From: Candidatus Uhrbacteria bacterium CG10_big_fil_rev_8_21_14_0_10_50_16
GTDB lineage: Bacteria > Patescibacteriota > Patescibacteriia > UBA9934 > UBA11717
Assembly (NCBI GenBank): GCA_002774875.1
Contig: PCYM01000001.1
Span: 118,153 to 182,152 of the forward strand
DNA length: 64,000 nucleotides
Reading direction: 5' to 3'
In this document: piece after piece, positions 60,468 through 64,000 of the stretch
How positions within the stretch are numbered: position 1 is the stretch's first letter
Layout of the letters: each line of letters starts with the position of its first letter
Notes under the pieces: model-generated
Databases searched by the model: none
Told to the model about the DNA's origin: nothing
What the model saw: only the letters and a program-made list of their open reading frames with translations
Made by a program: the position numbers and the translations under genes

Positions 60468-60471
60468 ATAC

Positions 60472-61194
60472 TTATTCGTTGTCAGCTCCTGTCTCAATGG
60501 CTGCGGAGGAATCTCCAGTCAACAATGAGAAGTGCTTCATCAAAATCTCCGTAGACGCCTTTACGGCCTCTTCTGGCGAGATCACGCCGTTGGTCTCAAT
60601 ATCGAGAACCACGCGATCGTAGTTTGTAATTTCACCGATACGAACAGGTTCCACGCGGAATGCAATCGCTTTTACCGGGCTGTAGAGGGCATCAAGCTTG
60701 ATCCAACCTACTTCTGTCTCTTCGCTTGAACGTTCCTCTGTTGGCACATAACCGTAACCAGTTTCTGCAAGTACTTCTAGCTCGAACGTTGTTGTGTCAT
60801 CCGTGAGTGTTGCAATAACCGCTTCTGGATTCACAATCTCTACATCCGCATTTGCCGCAAAATCCGCAGCCGTTACGGGTCCTTTTCCTTTCTTTGAGAG
60901 GCTCAGTCGTACGGGTGTGTCACTAAACACTTTAAGCGCAACCTGTTTGAGATTCATGCGAATCTCGACGCCATCCTCTTTAACGCCATTCATGGTTGTA
61001 AACTCGTGTGAAACTCCTGCGATCTTGACTCCTGTCAACGCTCCACCTGGAAGCGAGGAAAGAAGAACGCGGCGTAGGGCATTTCCAATCGTGGTTCCGT
61101 ACCCATGAAACAGCGGCTCGATCGTAAGGGTTGCACTGTGCGGCTGTTCACCGGGAACGTACGCGATGGTTGATGGATAGACAAATGTGTCCAT
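60472..61194 (-). CDS. rpoA: RNA polymerase alpha subunit, N-terminal domain only (240 aa)
   Basis: EPLFHGYGTTIGNALRRVLLSSLPG, GVKED, DALYSPV, ETNGVISPEEA; stops before the CTD. Confidence 0.95.
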   Translation of the reverse strand: MDTFVYPSTIAYVPGEQPHSATLTIEPLFHGYGTTIGNALRRVLLSSLPGGALTGVKIAGVSHEFTTMNGVKEDGVEIRMNLKQVALKVFSDTPVRLSLSKKGKGPVTAADFAANADVEIVNPEAVIATLTDDTTTFELEVLAETGYGYVPTEERSSEETEVGWIKLDALYSPVKAIAFRVEPVRIGEITNYDRVVLDIETNGVISPEEAVKASTEILMKHFSLLTGDSSAAIETGADNE

Positions 61195-61203
61195 AGAGAA
61201 AGC

Positions 61204-61821
61204 TTAGCGTGAGTAGAACTCAATGATGAGTGTTGGATCGAATGGTTGGTTGAGATCGTCCCCCTCTGGCTCACTCAAAACCTGTCCAGAACCCTTTTTG
61301 ACATCTACTGACAACCAGCTAGGAACCGTAACTGTTTCTGCATGCACGAGTAAGTCGGGCATGATTTTCTTGTCTTTCTTTGTATCCTTGAACGCGACAA
61401 TGTCTCCTGATTTTACCTTGTACGATCGGATGTTGACGGGAATCCCGTTCACCGTAAAGTATTTATGGCTAACCAATTGACGTGCCTGTTGACGTGTCTT
61501 TGCAAAACCCATTTTGAGAACAACGTTTTCAAGTCGCAACTCAAGGAGGCGAATAAGGATCACTCCTGTGTCACCATCCGTGCGGATTGCTTTCTTGTAA
61601 TAGTTGCGGAATTGCTTTTCTCGGAGATCGTACAGAAGTTTTGCTTTCTGCTTCTCACGCAATTGAAGGCCGTAGGTAGAAACACGCTTGCGTGTTTGCT
61701 TTGGGCCATGCATGCCAGGACCATAAGGTCGGCGTTGCATGACCTTGGCGATACTCACACTTGGTGACAATGGAATACCTTCTCGTCGGCTCAATTTTCC
61801 TAATTTTTTCTTGATGGCCAT
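61204..61821 (-). CDS. rpsD: 30S ribosomal protein S4
   Basis: YGLQLREKQKAK, LELRLENVV, ARQLVSH, IIEFYSR. Confidence 0.97.
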   Translation of the reverse strand: MAIKKKLGKLSRREGIPLSPSVSIAKVMQRRPYGPGMHGPKQTRKRVSTYGLQLREKQKAKLLYDLREKQFRNYYKKAIRTDGDTGVILIRLLELRLENVVLKMGFAKTRQQARQLVSHKYFTVNGIPVNIRSYKVKSGDIVAFKDTKKDKKIMPDLLVHAETVTVPSWLSVDVKKGSGQVLSEPEGDDLNQPFDPTLIIEFYSR

Positions 61822-61824
61822 AGG

Positions 61825-62226
61825 CTAGAGGCGTCGTGGTTTTGGCGCGCGACATCCGTTGTGCGGTGTTGGCGTTACATCCGTGACAGAGAGAATTGAG
61901 AGACCCGACGTGTTCAATGTTCGAACAGCGGAATCTCGTCCTGAACCAATTCCATTAACAGAGACATTGACTTCCTTGACGCCATAAGCAGATGCTTTCT
62001 TAACAACGTCTTCTGCGACCTGTGAGGCAGCGTAGGGAGTAGATTTCTTTGGACCTTTGAATCCAAGATGTCCAGAACTGGACCAAGCGAGCGCGTTTCC
62101 GTTCAAGTCGGCGATCGTAATGATCGTGTTGTTGTAAGAAGAGTGAATGTGCGCCTGTCCGTGAGGAACTTGACGTGCGACCTTCTTTTTAGCGCGTGAC
62201 TTTACTGATTTCTTGTTTGCAGCCAT
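61825..62226 (-). CDS. rpsK: 30S ribosomal protein S11
   Basis: [28 protein letters not shown]. Confidence 0.97.
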   Translation of the reverse strand: MAANKKSVKSRAKKKVARQVPHGQAHIHSSYNNTIITIADLNGNALAWSSSGHLGFKGPKKSTPYAASQVAEDVVKKASAYGVKEVNVSVNGIGSGRDSAVRTLNTSGLSILSVTDVTPTPHNGCRAPKPRRL

Positions 62227-62229
62227 AGA

Positions 62230-62616
62230 CTATTTCTTTGCGACGGTTCGTCGACCACTACTTGCCGTCTTTCGTACATTTCCGCGCATGGTGCGGCTAT
62301 TGGTCTTTGTTCGCTGACCACGTAGCGGAAGACGCTTTGTGTGACGTTCACCACGGTAAGAACCAATGTCCTTTAGCCGCTTAATGTTTCCAAGAATCTC
62401 ACGACGTAAATCTCCCTCCACATGTCGGTTCTTCTCGAGAACGGTTCGAATCTTTAAAATATCCGCCTCGGCAAGGTCCTTGACACGAAGGGATTCGTCG
62501 ACTCCGGCTTCTGCCAAAATCTTTTTTGACGTTACAAGCCCCACACCAAAGATATAGGTGAGTCCGATAACGATGCGCTTCTCGCGCGGTAAGTTAACTC
62601 CTGCGATTCGTGCCAT
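62230..62616 (-). CDS. rpsM: 30S ribosomal protein S13
   Basis: [18 protein letters not shown]. Confidence 0.97.
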   Translation of the reverse strand: MARIAGVNLPREKRIVIGLTYIFGVGLVTSKKILAEAGVDESLRVKDLAEADILKIRTVLEKNRHVEGDLRREILGNIKRLKDIGSYRGERHTKRLPLRGQRTKTNSRTMRGNVRKTASSGRRTVAKK

Positions 62617-62618
62617 AG

Positions 62619-62732
62619 TTATCCTTGTCGTTGCTTATGCTTTGGATTGATACAGATTACACAAACACGGCGATTCCTTCGAATCACCTTACAATTACGG
62701 CACATCGGTTTTGTTGAGGCTCGTACTTTCAT
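62619..62732 (-). CDS. rpmJ: 50S ribosomal protein L36 (below the ORF track cutoff)
   Basis: [37 protein letters not shown], translated by hand. Confidence 0.95.
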   Translation of the reverse strand: MKVRASTKPMCRNCKVIRRNRRVCVICINPKHKQRQG

Positions 62733-62788
62733 AGTCTTGCTATTCAGCGAGGAATAGATTTGTTCCAAGGCATTGCCTGGGAGTTCAT

Positions 62789-63007
62789 TTAGAACCGATA
62801 GGTCAAGCGACCTTTCGAGAGATCATATGGACTCAGCTCCACTTTCACCTCGTCTCCGGGTAAAATCCGGATACGGAAGCGACGCAGTTTACCGGCAAGA
62901 TGTGCAGTGACCTCTTGGCCACTTTCGATCACCACTCGGAATTTTGCACCCGGAAGAAGTTCTTCAACAACTCCACGGACTTCAATTGCGTCATTATTCG
63001 AACCCAT
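62789..63007 (-). CDS. infA: Translation initiation factor IF-1
   Basis: [35 protein letters not shown]. Confidence 0.96.
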   Translation of the reverse strand: MGSNNDAIEVRGVVEELLPGAKFRVVIESGQEVTAHLAGKLRRFRIRILPGDEVKVELSPYDLSKGRLTYRF

Positions 63008-63071
63008 AGTTTGTAACGTGGGTGAGGTTAGCAAATTCTTAACAAATTTGCAGGTGGAGATAACGAGGGGA

Positions 63072-63100
63072 ATTCTAAGGGTTTTCTCTAAATCTGTCAA
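63072..63100 (-). promoter_or_regulatory. infA-alpha operon promoter
   Basis: TTGACA-17 nt-TAGAAT. Confidence 0.8.
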
Positions 63101-63144
63101 GGACTTGACCTTTATCTGTCCACAGTGCAGTAAAAACACCTTGT

Positions 63145-63999
63145 TTATTGGGTTTTCTTACCTTCCCGAGCCTTCACGGCAGTTTTACCTATCACAGCCT
63201 TAATGCGACGAATTCCGGACGAGGAAGATTCTTCCTTCAAAATGGCAAACGCCCCCAGGTCGCCCGTGTGTTCCACATGAGGCCCGCCACAGATCTCTCG
63301 AGAGAAGACGCCCTGTTCTGCGTCACCCGCGGTATAGACCTTAATTTTGTCGCCCAAAAGCGCGTATTTATCCTCAAAAAGCCCAATTGCCCCGGCATTT
63401 TTGGCTTCCTCTACGGTCATCATCTCAAATCCCATCGGAAGATTCGCTTGAATTTGCTCGTTTACAATGCTCTCAACTTCAGCTTTTTGCGCGTCTGTAA
63501 GCTTGTCTGGATGTGAGAAATCAAACCTAAGCCTCTCAGAGGTTATGTTGCTTCCCTTTTGCTCCACATGGTCACCCAGCACCATTCTGAGCGCTTTATG
63601 AAGCAAATGTGTGGCTGTATGGAGCTTCGTGGTCTCGTCTGAGTGATCTGCCAATCCGCCAGCAAATTTCTGCTCCGCACCAGCCCGCGAGAGGTTTTGG
63701 TGGTTGGTGAATTCTGCCTGAAACGTCTCTCGATCCACCTGTTGACCCTTTTCTCGTACAAGCTCTTCTGTTAATTCGATTGGAAATCCGTAGGTTGAGT
63801 AAAGAATAAATGCCTCTTCCCCACTCACGTTTTTCCGTGCATCAAAGATTTTTTCAAATTCACGCAAACCTTTTGCAAGTGTTTTGGTAAATTTAGCTTC
63901 CTCCGCATTTATCGCATTAATGATCGCCTCGGTCTTATCCGTAAGATCGGGATAGGCGGGCTCAAGTGTATTGATCGCAACACGAGCGATCGACTCAAG
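63145..63999 (-). CDS. alaS: Alanine--tRNA ligase, 3' part (short form; 5' end outside the window)
   Basis: [53 protein letters not shown]. Confidence 0.95.
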   Translation of the reverse strand, partial: LESIARVAINTLEPAYPDLTDKTEAIINAINAEEAKFTKTLAKGLREFEKIFDARKNVSGEEAFILYSTYGFPIELTEELVREKGQQVDRETFQAEFTNHQNLSRAGAEQKFAGGLADHSDETTKLHTATHLLHKALRMVLGDHVEQKGSNITSERLRFDFSHPDKLTDAQKAEVESIVNEQIQANLPMGFEMMTVEEAKNAGAIGLFEDKYALLGDKIKVYTAGDAEQGVFSREICGGPHVEHTGDLGAFAILKEESSSSGIRRIKAVIGKTAVKAREGKKTQ

Positions 64000-64000
64000 A

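Overview
Mostly housekeeping chromosome of a small-genome bacterium using standard code 11. Gene content (RNAP alpha without CTD, short AlaRS, class I LysRS, eroded PriA, LxGAGC lipoproteins, DUF378/DUF5654) suggests Patescibacteria/CPR, probably Parcubacteria-ABY1 such as Uhrbacteria; this assignment is inference. The window holds cfa, rlmD, dsbA-VKOR, rluF, pepA, ahpC, rsmI-metG-cvpA, tatD, a complete F1Fo atp operon, lysK, udg-tdk, a UvrD-nuclease with dciA, mreBCD-mrdA-greA, serS, gltX, clpB with a CIRCE element, priA-def-fmt, a flippase/glycosyltransferase/ligase cluster, the infA-rpmJ-rpsMKD-rpoA-rplQ-rplM-rpsI operon and the 3' part of alaS. I found no tRNA, rRNA, CRISPR array, integrase or transposase. 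The most unexplained signals are non-coding: (1) a ~100-nt promoter- and terminator-bounded RNA at 14389-14491 that folds into a pseudo-two-fold symmetric pseudoknot with two identical anticodon-like CAGUUAA loops; (2) a ~370-nt multi-hairpin RNA at 1375-1760 behind a near-consensus sigma70 promoter; (3) two initiation styles, with SD-less U(-1)AUG core genes versus TTGACA+SD ORFan cassettes; (4) an exact 24-bp direct repeat bracketing decayed DNA at 39796-40262. All structures were folded by eye and no database searches were run.
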